NCBI GenBank assembly: GCA_964016885.1
Contig: OZ024744.1
Span: forward strand, 129,642,001-129,706,000
DNA length: 64,000 bases
Direction: 5' to 3'
From: Eledone cirrhosa
Taxonomy: Eukaryota
The stretch's first letter is position 1. Each line of letters opens with the position of its first letter. The notes under the pieces were generated by a model. The model was not told where the DNA came from and searched no databases. It worked only from the letters and a program-made list of their open reading frames with translations. This document shows positions 23,501 through 35,500 of this stretch, piece by piece. Made by a program: the position numbers and the translations under genes.

Positions 23501-26500
23501 AGTTGGGGTTAAGTTAAGTTGGGGTTAAGTTAAGTTGGGGTTCAATTAAGTTGCGGTTAATTTAAGTTGGGGTTAAGTTAAGTTGGGGTTAAGTTAAGTT
23601 GGGGTTAAGTTAAGTTGGGGTTAAATTAAGTTGGGGTTAAATTAAGTTGGGGTTAAGTTAAGTTGGGGTTATGTTAAGTTGGTGTTAAGTTAAGTTGGGG
23701 TTAAGTTAAGTTGGGGTTAAGTTAGGTTGGTGTTAATTTAAGTTGGGGTTAAGTTAAGTTGGGGTTAAGTTAAGTTGGTTAGTTAAGTTGAGTTTAAGTT
23801 AAGTTGGGGTTAATTTAAGTTGGGGTTAAGTTAAGTTGGGGTTAAGTTAAGTTGGGGTTAAGTTAAGTTGGGGTTCAGTTAAGTTGGGGTTAAGTTAAGT
23901 TGGGGTTAAGTTAAGTTGCGGTTAAGTTAAGTTGCCGTTAAGTTAAGTTGAGGTTAAGTTAAGTTGGGGTTAAGTTAAGTTGGGGTTAAGTTAAGTTGGG
24001 GCTAAGTTAAGTTGGGGCTAAGTTAAGTTGGGGCTAAGTTAAGTTGGGGTTAAGTTAACTTTGGGTTAAGTGAAGTTGGGTTTGAGTTAAGTTGGGGTTA
24101 ATTAAGTTGGGGTTAAGTTAAGTTGGGGTTAAGTTAAGTTGGGGTTAAGTTGGGGTTAAGTTAAGTTGCGGTTAAGTTAAGTTGATGTTAAGTTAAGTTG
24201 GGGTTAAGTTAAGTTGGGGTTAAGTTAAGTTGGGGCTAGGTTAAGTTGGGGTTAATTTAAGTTGGGGTTAAGTTAAGGTGGGGTTAAGTTAAGTTGGGGT
24301 TAACTTAAGTTGGGGTTAAGTTAAGTTGGGGTTAAGTTAAGTTGGGGTTAAGTTAAGTTGGGGTTACGTTAAGTTGGGGGTAAGTCAAGTTGGTGGTAAG
24401 TTAAGTTGGGGGTAAGTTAAGATGGGGTTAAGTTAAGTTGGGGTTAATTTAATTTGGGGTTAAGTTAAGTTAGGGTTAAGTTAAGTTGGGGTTGAGTTAA
24501 GTTGGGGTTAAGTTAAGTTGGGGTTATGTTAAGTTGGGGTTAAGTTAAGTTGGGGTTCAATTAAGTTGCGGATAATTTAAGTTGGGGTTAAGTTAAGTTG
24601 GGGTTAAGTTAAGTTGGGGTTAAGTTAAGTTGGGGTTAAATTAAGTTGGGGTTAAATTGAGTTGGGGTTAAGTTAAGTTGGGGTTATGTTAAGTTGGTGT
24701 TAAGTTAAGTTGGGGTTAAGTTAAGTTGGGGTTAAGTTAGGTTGGTGTTAATTTAAGTTGGGGGTAAGTTAAGTTGGGGGTAAGTTAAGTTGGTGTTAAG
24801 TTAAGTTGGGGTTAAGTTAAGTTGGGGTTAAGTTAAGTTGGGTTTAAGTTAAGTTGGGGCTAAGTTAAATTAGGGCTAAGTTAAGTTGGGGTTAAGTAAA
24901 GTTAGGGCTAAGTTAAGTTGGGGTTAAGTTAAGTTGGGGTTAATTTAAGTTGGGGTTACATTAAGTTGATGTTAAGTTAAGTTGGGGTTAAGTTAAGTTG
25001 GGGTTAAGTTAAGTTGGGGTTAAATTAAGTTGGGGTTAAATTAAGTTGGGGTTAAGTTAAGTTGGGGTTAAGTTAGGTTGGTGTTAAGTTAAGTTGGGGT
25101 TAAGTTAATTTGTGGTTAAGTTAAGTTGGGGTTAAGTTAAGTTGGGGTTAAGTTCAGTCGGGGTTAAGTTAAGTCGGGGTTAAGTTAAGTTGGGGTTAAG
25201 TTAAGTTGCGGTTAAGTTAAGTTGGGGTTAAGTTAAGTTGGGGTTAAGTTAATTAGGGTTAAGTTAAGTTGGGGTTAAGTTAAGTTGGGGTTAAGTTAAG
25301 TTAAGTTAAGTTGGGTTTAAGTTAAGTTGGGGCTAAGTTAAGTTAGGGCTAAGTTAAGTTGGGGTTAAGTTAAGTTGGGGTTAATTTAAGTTGGGGTTAC
25401 ATTAAGTTGAGGTTAAGTTAAGTTGTGGTTAAGTTAAGTTAGGGTTAATTTAAGTTAGGGTTATGTTAAGTTGGGGTTAAGTTAAGTTGGGGTTAAGTTA
25501 GGTTGGTGTTAAGTTAAGTTGGGGTTAAGTTAATTTGTGGTTAAGTTAAGTTGGGGTTAAGTTAAGTTGGGGTTAAGTTCAGTCGGGGTTAATTTAAGTC
25601 GGGGTTAAGTTAAGTTGGGGTTAAGTTAAGTTGGGGTTAAGTTAAGTTGGGGTTGAGTTAAGTTGGGGTTAAGTTAAGGTGGGGTTAAAATAAGTTGGGG
25701 TTAAGTTAAGTTGGGGTTGAGTTAAGTTGGGGTTGAGTTAATTTGGGGTTAAGTTAAGTTGGGGTTAAGTTAAGTTGGGTTTAATTTAAGTTGGGGTTAA
25801 TTTAAGTTGGGGTTAAATTAAGTTGGGGTTAAATTAAGTTGGGGTTAAGTTAAGTTGGGGGTAAGATAAGTTGGGGTTAGTTAAGTTGCGGTTAAGTTAA
25901 GTTGGGGTTAAGTTAAGTTGGGGTTAATTTAAGTTGGGGTTAATTTAAGTTGGGGTTAAGTTAAGTTGGGGTTAATTTAAGTTGGGGTTAATTTAAGTTG
26001 GGGTTAAGTTAAGTTGGGGTTAAGTTAAGTTGGGGTAAAGTTAAGTTGGGGTTAAGTTAAGTTGGGGTTAAGTTAAGTTGGGGTTAAGTTGGGGTTAAGT
26101 TAAGTTAGGGTTAACTTAAGTTGGGGTTGTGTTAAGTGGTGGTTATGTTAAGTGGTGGTTATGTTAAGTTGGGGTTAAGTTAAGTTGGGGTTAAGTTAAA
26201 TTGGGGTTAAGTTAAGTTGCGGTTAAGTTAAGTTGGGGTTAAGTTAAGTTGGGGTTAAGTTAATTAGGGTTAAGTTAAGTTGGGGTTAAGTTAAGTTGGG
26301 GTTAAGTTAAGTTGGGGTTAAGTTAAGTTGGGGTTAAGTTAAGTTGGGGTTAAGATAAGTTGGGGTTAAGTTAAGTCGGGGTTAAGTTAAGTTAGGGTTA
26401 AGTTAAGTTGGGGTTAATTTAAGTTGGGGTTAAGTTAAGTTGGGGTTAAGTTAAGTTGGGGTTAAGTTAAGTTGAGGTTAAAGTTAAGTAGGGGTTAAAT

Positions 26501-29500
26501 TATGTTGGGGTTAAGTTAAGTTGGGGTTAAGTTAAGTTGGGGTTAAGTTAAGTTGGGGATAAGTTAAGTTGGGGATAAGTTAAGTTGGGGTTAATTAAGT
26601 TGGGTTTAAGTTAAGTTGGGGTTAAGTTAAGTTGGGGTTAAGTTAAGTTGGGGTTAAGTTAAGTTGGTTAGTTAAGTTGAGTTTAAGTTAAGTTGGGCTT
26701 AATTTAAGTTGGGGTTAAGTTAAGTTGGGGTTAAGTTAAGTTGGGGTTAAGTTAAGTTGGGGTTAAGTTAAGTTGGGGTTCAGTCAAGTTGGGGTTAAGT
26801 TAAGTTGGGGTTAAGTTGGGGTAAAATTAAGTTGGGGTTAAGTTAAGTTGGGGTTAAGTTAAGTTGGGGTTAAGTTAAGTTGGGGTTAAGTTAAGTTGCG
26901 GTTAAGTTAAGTTGAGGTTAAATTAAGTTGGGGTTAAGTTAAGTTGGGGTTAATTTAAGTTGGGGCTAAGTTAAGTTGGGGCTAAGTTAAGTTGGGGCTA
27001 AGTTAAGTTGGGGTTAAGTTAACTTTGGGTTAAGTTAAGTTGGGTTTGAGTTAAGTTGGGGTTAATTAAGTTGGGGTTAAGTTAAGTTGGGGTTAAGTTA
27101 AGTTGGGGTTAAGTTAAGTTGGTGTTAAGTTAAGTTGCGGTTAAGTTAAGTTGATGTTAAGTTAAGTTGGGGTTAATTTAAGTTGGGGTTAAATTAAGTT
27201 GGGGTTAAGTTAAGTTGGGTTAAGTTAGGTTGGTGTTAAGTTAAGTTGGGGTTAAGTTAATTTGTGGTTAAGTTAAGTTGGGGTTAAGTTAAGTTGGGGT
27301 TAAGTTCAGTCGGGGTTAAGTTAAGTCGGGGTTAAGTTAAGTTGGGGTTAAGTTAAGTTGCGGTTAAGTTAAGTTGGGGTTAAGTTAAGTTGGGGTTAAG
27401 TTAATTAGGGTTAAGTTAAGTTGGGGTTAAGTTAAGTTGGGGTTAAGTTAAGTTGGGGTTAAGTTAGGTTGGTGTTAAGTTAAGTTGGGGTTAAGTTAAT
27501 TTGTGGTTAAGTTAAGTTGGGGTTACATTAAGTTGAGGTTAAGTTAAGTTGTGGTTAAGTTAAGTTAGGGTTAATTTAAGTTAGGGTTATGTTAAGTTGG
27601 GGTTAAGTTAAGTTGGAGTTAAGTTAGGTTGGTGTTAAGTTAAGTTGGGGTTAAGTTAATTTGTGGTTAAGTTAAGTTGGGGTTAAGTTCAGTCGGGGTT
27701 AAGTTAAGTCGGGGTTAAGTTAAGTTGGGGTTAAGTTAAGTTGAGGTTAAAGTTAAGTAGGGGTTAAATTACGTTGGGGTTAAGTTAAGTTGGGGTTAAG
27801 TTAAGTTGGGGTTAAGTTAAGTTGGGGTTAAGTTAAGTTGGGGCTAAGTTAAGTTGGGGCTAAGTTAAGTTGGGGCTAAGTTAAGTTGGGGTTAAGTTAA
27901 GGTGGGGTTAAGTTAAGTTGGGGTCAACTTAAGTTGGGGTTAAGTTAAGTTGGGGTTAAGTTAAGTTGGGGTTAAGTTAAGTTGGGGTTAAGTTAAGTTG
28001 GGGTTACGTTAAGTTGGGGGTAAGTTAAGTTGGTGGTAAGTTAAGTTGGGGGTAAGTTAAGATGGGGTTAAGTTAAGTTGGGGTTAATTTAATTTGGGGT
28101 TAAGTTAAGTTAGGGTTAAGTTAAGTTGGGGTTATGTTAAGTTGGGGTTAAGTTAAGTTGGGGTTAAGTTAAGTTGGGGTTCAATTAAGTTGCGGTTAAT
28201 TTAAGTTGGGTTTAAGTTAAGTTGGGGTTAAGTTAAGTTGGGGTTATGTTAAGTTGGTGTTAAGTTAAGTTGGGGTTAAGTTAAGTTGGGGTTAAGTTAA
28301 GTTGGGGTTAAGTTAGGTTGGTGTTAAGTTAAGTTGGCGGTAAGTTAAGTTGGGGGTAAGTTAAGTTGGTGTTAAGTTATGTTGGGGTTAAGTTAAGTTG
28401 GGGTTAAGTTAAGTTGGGTTTAAGTTAAGTTGGGGCTAAGTTAAGTTAGGGCTAAGTTAAGTTGGGGTTAAGTAAAGTTAGGGCTAAGTTAAGTTGGGGT
28501 TAAGTTAAGTTCGGGTTAAGTTAAGTTGGGGTTACATTAAGTTGAGGTTAAGTTAAGTTGGGGTTAAGTTAAGTTGGGTTTAAGTTAAGTTGGGGCTAAG
28601 TTAAGTTAGGGCTAAGTTAAGTTGGGGCTGAGTTAAGTTGGGGTTAAGTTAAGTTGGGGTTGAGTTAAGTTGGGGTTAAGTTAAGTTGGGGTTAAGTTAA
28701 GTTGGGGCTGAGTTAAGTTGGGGTTACGTTAAGTTGGGGTTAAGGTAAGTTGGGGTTAAGTTAAGTTCGGGTTAAGTTAAGTTGGTGTTAAGTTAAGTTG
28801 GGGCTGAGTTAAGTTGGGGCTAAGCTAAGTTGGGTCTAAGTTAAGTTGGGGTTAATTTAAGTTGGTGTTAAATTAAGTTGGGGTTAAGTTAAGTTGGTGT
28901 TAAGTTAAGTTGGGGTTAAGTTAAGTTGGGGTTAATTAAGTTGGGGTTAAGTTAAGTTGGGGTTAAGTTAATTGGGGTTAAATTAAGTTAGGGTTGAGTT
29001 AAGTTGGGGTTAAGTTAAGTTGGGGTTATATTAAGTTGGGGTTAAGTTAAGTTGGGGTTAAGTAAAGTTGGGGTTCAGTTAAGTTGCGGTTAAGTTAAGT
29101 TGGGGTTAAGTTAAGTTAGGCTTAACTTAAGTTGGGGTTAAGTTAAGTTGGGGGTGAGTTAAGTTGGGGGTAAGTTAAGTTGGGGTTAAGTTAAGTTGGG
29201 GTTAAGTTGGGGTTAAGTTAATTTAGGGTTAAGTTAAGTTGGGGTTGAGTTAAGTTGGGGTTAAGTTAAGTGGTGTTTATGTTAAGTTGGGGTTAAGTTA
29301 AGTTGGGGTTAATTTAAATTGGGGTTAATTTAACTTTGTGGTTAAGTTAAGTTGGGGTTAATTTAAGTTGGGTTTAAGTTAAGTTGGGGTTAATTTAATT
29401 TGTGGTTAAGTTAAGTTGGGGTTAAGTTAAGTTGGGGTTGAGTTAAGCTGGGGTTAAGTTAAGTTGGGGTTAAAATAAGTTGGGGTTAAGTTAAGTTGGG

Positions 29501-32500
29501 GTTGAGTCAAGTTGGGGTTGAGTTAATTCGGGGTTAAGTTAAGTTGGGGTTAACTTAAGTTGGGTTTAATTTAAGTTGGGGTTAAGTTAAGTTGGGGTTA
29601 TAATTAAGTTGGGGTTAAGTTAAGTTGGGGGTAAGATAAGTTGGGGTTAGTTAAGTTGCGGTTAAGTTAAGTTGGGGTTAAGTTAAGTTGGGGTTAAGTT
29701 AAGTTGGGGTTAAGTTAAGTTGGGGTTAATTTAAGTTGGGGTTAATTTAAGTTGGGGTAAAGTTAAGTTGGGGGTAAGTTAAGTTGGGGTTAAGTTAAGT
29801 TGGGGTTAAGTTGGGGTTAAGTTAAGTTGGGGTTAATTTAAGTTGGGTTTAAGTTAAGTTGGGGTTAATTTAATTTGTGGTTAAGTTAAGTTGGGGTTAA
29901 GTTAAGTTGGGGTTGAGTTAAGCTGGGGTTAAGTTAAGTTGGGGTTAAAATAAGTTGGGGTTAAGTTAAGTTGGGGTTGAGTTAAGTTTGGGTTGAGTTA
30001 ATTCGGGGTTAAGTTAAGTTGGGGTTAACTTAAGTTGGGTTTAATTTAAGTTGGGGTTAAGTTAAGTTGGGGTTATAATTAAGTTGGCGGTAAGTTAAGT
30101 TGGGGGTAAGTTAAGTTGGTGTTAAGTTATGTTGGGGTTAAGTTAAGTTGGGGTTAAGTTAAGTTGGGTTTAAGTTAAGTTGGGGCTAAGTTAAGTTAGG
30201 GCTAAGTTAAGTTGGGGTTAAGTAAAGTTAGGGCTAAGTTAAGTTGGGGTTAAGTTAAGTTGGGGTTAAGTTAAGTTGGGGTTACATTAAGTTGAGGTTA
30301 AGTTAAGTTGGGGTTAAGTTAAGTTGGGTTTAAGTTAAGTTGGGGCTAAGTTAAGTTAGGGCTAAGTTAAGTTGGGGCTGAGTTAAGTTGGGGTTAAGTT
30401 AAGTTGGGGTTGAGTTAAGTTGGGGTTAAGTTAAGTTGGGGTTAAGTTAAGTTGGGGCTGAGTTAAGTTGGGGTTACGTTAAGTTGGGGTTAAGGTAAGT
30501 TGGGGTTAAGTTAAGTTCGGGTTAAGTTAAGTTGGTGTTAAGTTAAGTTGGGGCTGAGTTAAGTTGGGGCTAAGCTAAGTTGGGTCTAAGTTAAGTTGGG
30601 GTTAAGTTAAGTTGGGGTTAAGTTAAGTTGGTGTTAAATTAAGTTGGGGTTAAGTTAAGTTGGTGTTAAGTTAAGTTGGGGTTAAGTTAAGTTGGGGTTA
30701 ATTAAGTTGGGGTTAAGTTAAGTTGGGGTTAAGTTAATTGGGGTTAAATTAAGTTAGGGTTGAGTTAAGTTGGGGTTAAGTTAAGTTGGGGTTATATTAA
30801 GTTGGGGTTAAGTTAAGTTGGGGTTAAGTAAAGTTGGGGTTCAGTTAAGTTGCGGTTAAGTTAAGTTGGGGTTAAGTTAAGTTAGGCTTAACTTAAGTTG
30901 GGGTTAAGTTAAGTTGGGGGTGAGTTAAGTTGGGGGTAAGTTAAGTTGGGGTTAAGTTAAGTTGGGGTTAAGTTGGGGTTAAGTTAATTTAGGGTTAAGT
31001 TAAGTTGGGGTTGAGTTAAGTTGGGGTTAAGTTAAGTGGTGTTTATGTTAAGTTGGGGTTAAGTTAAGTTGGGGTTAATTTAAATTGGGGTTAATTTAAC
31101 TTTGTGGTTAAGTTAAGTTGGGGTTAATTTAAGTTGGGTTTAAGTTAAGTTGGGGTTAATTTAATTTGTGGTTAAGTTAAGTTGGGGTTAAGTTAAGTTG
31201 GGGTTGAGTTAAGCTGGGGTTAAGTTAAGTTGGGGTTAAAATAAGTTGGGGTTAAGTTAAGTTGGGGTTGAGTTAAGTTGGGGTTGAGTTAATTCGGGGT
31301 TAAGTTAAGTTGGGGTTAACTTAAGTTGGGTTTAATTTAAGTTGGGGTTAAGTTAAGTTGGGGTTATAATTAAGTTGGGGTTAAGTTAAGTTGGGGGTAA
31401 GATAAGTTGGGGTTAGTTAAGTTGCGGTTAAGTTAAGTTGGGGTTAAGTTAAGTTGGGGTTAAGTTAAGTTGGGGTTAAGTTAAGTTGGGGTTAATTTAA
31501 GTTGGGGTTAATTTAAGTTGGGGTAAAGTTAAGTTGGGGGTAAGTTAAGTTGGGGTTAAGTTAAGTTGGGGTTAAGTTGGGGTTAAGTTAAGTTAGGGTT
31601 AACTTAAGTTGGGGTTGTGTTAAGTGGTGGTTATGTTAAGTGGTGCTTATGTTAAGTTGGGGTTAAGTTAAGTTGGGGTTAAGTTAAATTGGGGTTAAGT
31701 TAAGTTGCGGTTAAGTTAAGTTGGGGTTAAGTTAAGTTGGGGTTAAGTTAATTAGGGTTAAGTTAAGTTGGGGTTAAGTTAAGTTGGGGTTAAGTTAAGT
31801 TGGGGTTAAGTTAATTTGTGGTTAAGTTAAGTTGGGGTTAAGTTAAGTTGGGGTTAAGTTAAGTTGGGGATAAGTTAAGTTGAGGATAATTTAAGTTGGG
31901 GTTAATTAAGTTGGCTTTAAGTTAAGTTGGGGTTAAGTTAAGTTGGGGTTAAGTTAAGTTGGTTAGTTAAGTTGAGTTTAAGTTAAGTTGGGGTTAATTT
32001 AAGTTGGGGTTAAGTTAAGTTGGGGTTAAGTTAAGTTGGGGTTAAGTTAAGTTGGGGTTCAGTTAAGTTGGGGTTAAGTTAAGTTGGGGTTAAGTTGGGG
32101 TAAAATTAAGTTGGGGTTAAGTTAAGTTGCGGTTAAGTTAAGTTGAGGTTAAGTTAAGTTGGGGTTAAGTTAAGTTGGGGTTAAGTGAAGTTGGGGCTAA
32201 GTTAAGTTGGAGCTAAGTTAAGTTGGGGCTAAGTTAAGTTGGGGTTAAGTTAAGTTGGGGTTAAGTTAAGGTGGGGATAAGTTAAGTTGGGGTCAACTTA
32301 AGTTGGGGTTAATTTAAGTTGGGGTTAACTTAAGTTGGGGTTAAGTTAAGTTGGGGTTAAGTTAAGTTGGGGTTAAGTTAAGTTGGGGTTACGTTAAGTT
32401 GGGGGTAAGTTAAGTTGGTGGTAAGTTAAGTTGGGGGTAAGTTAAGATGGGGTTAAGTTAAGTTGGGGTTAATTTAATTTGGGGTTAAGTTAAGTTAGGG

Positions 32501-35500
32501 TTAAGTTAAGTTGGGGTTGAGTTAAGTTGGGGTTAAGTTAAGTTGGGGTTATGTTAAGTTGGGGTTAAGTTAAGTTGGGGTTAAGTTAAGTTGGGGTTCA
32601 ATTAAGTTGCGGTTAATTTAAGTTGGGGTTAAGTTAAGTTGGGGTTAAGTTAAGTTGGGGTTAAGTTAAGTTGGGGTTAAATTAAGTTGGGGTTAAATTA
32701 AGTTGGGGTTAAGTTAAGTTGGGGTTATGTTAAGTTGGTGTTAAGTTAAGTTGGGGTTAAGTTAAGTTGGGGTTAAGTTAGGTTGGTGTTAATTTAAGTT
32801 GGGGTTAAGTTAAGTTGGGGTTAAGTTAAGTTGGTTAGTTAAGTTGAGTTTAAGTTAAGTTGGGGTTAATTTAAGTTGGGGTTAAGTTAAGTTGGGGTTA
32901 AGTTAAGTTGGGGTTAAGTTAAGTTGGGGTTCAGTTAAGTTGGGGTTAAGTTAAGTTGGGGTTAAGTTAAGTTGCGGTTAAGTTAAGTTGCCGTTAAGTT
33001 AAGTTGAGGTTAAGTTAAGTTGGGGTTAAGTTAAGTTGGGGTTAAGTTAAGTTGGGGCTAAGTTAAGTTGGGGCTGAGTTAAGTTGGGGCTAAGTTAAGT
33101 TGGGGTTAAGTTAACTTTGGGTTAAGTTAAGTTGGGTTTGAGTTAAGTCGGGGTTAATTAAGTTGGGGTTAAGTTAAGTTGGGGTTAAGTTAAGTTGGGT
33201 TTAAGTTGGGGTTAAGTTAAGTTGCGGTTAAGTTAAGTTGATGTTAAGTTAAGTTGGGGTTAAGTTAAGTTGGGGTTAAGTTAAGTTGGGGCTAAGTTAA
33301 GTTGGAGCTAAGTTAAGTTGGGGCTAGGTTAAGTTGGGGTTAAGTTAAGTTGGGGTTAAGTTAAGGTGGGGTTAAGTTAAGTTGGGGTCAACTTAAGTTG
33401 GGGTTAAGTTAAGTTGGGTTTAACTTAAGTTGGGGTTAAGTTAAGTTGGGGTTAAGTTAAGTTGGGGTTAAGTTAAGTTGGGGTTACGTTAAGTTGGGGG
33501 TAAGTCAAGTTGGTGGTAAGTTAAGTTGGGGGTAAGTTAAGATGGGGTTAAGTTAAGTTGGGGTTAATTTAATTTGGGGTTAAGTTAAGTTAGGGTTAAG
33601 TTAAGTTGGGGTTGAGTTAAGTTGGGGTTAAGTTAAGTTGGGGTTATGTTAAGTTGGGGTTAAGTTAAGTTGGGGTTAAGTTAAGTTGGGGTTCAATTAA
33701 GTTGCGGATAATTTAAGTTGGGGTTAAGTTAAGTTGGGGTTAAGTTAAGTTGGGGTTAAGTTAAGTTGGGGTTAAATTAAGTTGGGGTTATGTTAAGTTG
33801 GTGTTAAGTTAAGTTGGGGTTAAGTTAAGTTGGGGTTAAGTTAGGTTGGTGTTAATTTAAGTTGGGGGTAAGTTAAGTTGGGGGTAAGTTAAGTTGGTGT
33901 TAAGTTAAGTTGGGGTTAAGTTAAGTTGGGGTTAAGTTAAGTTGGGTTTAAGTTAAGTTGGGGCTAAGTTAAGTTAGGGCTAAGTTAAGTTGGGGTTAAG
34001 TAAAGTTAGGGCTAAGTTAAGTTGGAGTTAAGTTAAGTTGGGGTTAATTTAAGTTGGGGTTACATTAAGTTGATGTTAAGTTAAGTTGGGGTTAAGTTAA
34101 GTTGGGGTTAAGTTAAGTTGGGGTTAAATTAAGTTGGGGTTAAATTAAGTTGGGGTTAAGTTAAGTTGGGGTTAAGTTAGGTTGGTGTTAAGTTAAGTTG
34201 GGGTTAAGTTAATTTGTGGTTAAGTTAAGTTGGGGTTAAGTTAAGTTGGGGTTAAGTTCAGTCGGGGTTAAGTTAAGTCGGGGTTAAGTTAAGTTGGGGT
34301 TAAGTTAAGTTGCGGTTAAGTTAAGTTGGGGTTAAGTTAAGTTGGGGTTAAGTTAATTAGGGTTAAGTTAAGTTGGGGTTAAGTTAAGTTGGGGTTAAGT
34401 TAAGTTGGGGTTAAGTTAAGTTGGGTTTAAGTTAAGTTGGGGCTAAGTTAAGTTAGGGCTAAGTTAAGTTGGGGTTAAGTTAAGTTGGGGTTAATTTAAG
34501 TTGGGGTTACATTAAGTTGAGGTTAAGTTAAGTTGTGGTTAAGTTAAGTTAGGGTTAATTTAAGTTAGGGTTATGTTAAGTTGGAGTTAAGTTAAGTTGG
34601 GGTTAAGTTAGGTTGGTGTTAAGTTAAGTTGGGGTTAAGTTAATTTGTGGTTAAGTTAAGTTGGGGTTAAGTTAAGTTGGGGTTAAGTTCAGTCGGGGTT
34701 AATTTAAGTCGGGGTTAAGTTAAGTTGGGGTTAAGTTAAGTTGGGGTTAAGTTAAGTTGGGGTTGAGTTAAGTTGGGGTTAAGTTAAGGTGGGGTTAAAA
34801 TAAGTTGGGGTTAAGTTAAGTTGGGGTTGAGTTAAGTTGGGGTTGAGTTAATTTGGGGTTAAGTTAAGTTGGGGTTAACTTAAGTTGGGTTTAATTTAAG
34901 TTGGGGTTAATTTAAGTTGGGGTTAAATTAAGTTGGGGTTAAATTAAGTTGGGGTTAAGTTAAGTTGGGGGTAAGATAAGTTGGGGTTAGTTAAGTTGCG
35001 GTTAAGTTAAGTTGGGGTTAAGTTAAGTTGGGTTTAATTTAAGTTGGGGTTAATTTAAGTTGGGGTTAAGTTAAGTTGGGGTTAATTTAAGTTGGGGTTA
35101 ATTTAAGTTGGGGTTAAGTTAAGTTGGGGTTAAGTTAAGTTGGGGTAAAGTTAAGTTGGGGTTAAGTTAAGTTGGGGTTAAGTTAAGTTGGGGTTAAGTT
35201 GGGGTTAAGTTAAGTTAGGGTTAACTTAAGTTGGGGTTGTGTTAAGTGGTGGTTATGTTAAGTGGTGGTTATGTTAAGTTGGGGTTAAGTTAAGTTGGGG
35301 TTAAGTTAAATTGGGGTTAAGTTAAGTTGCGGTTAAGTTAAGTTGGGGTTAAGTTAAGTTGGGGTTAAGTTAATTAGGGTTAAGTTAAGTTGGGGTTAAG
35401 TTAAGTTGGGGTTAAGTTAAGTTGGGGTTAAGTTAAGTTGGGGTTAAGTTAAGTTGGGGTTAAGATAAGTTGGGGTTAAGTTAAGTCGGGGTTAAGTTAA

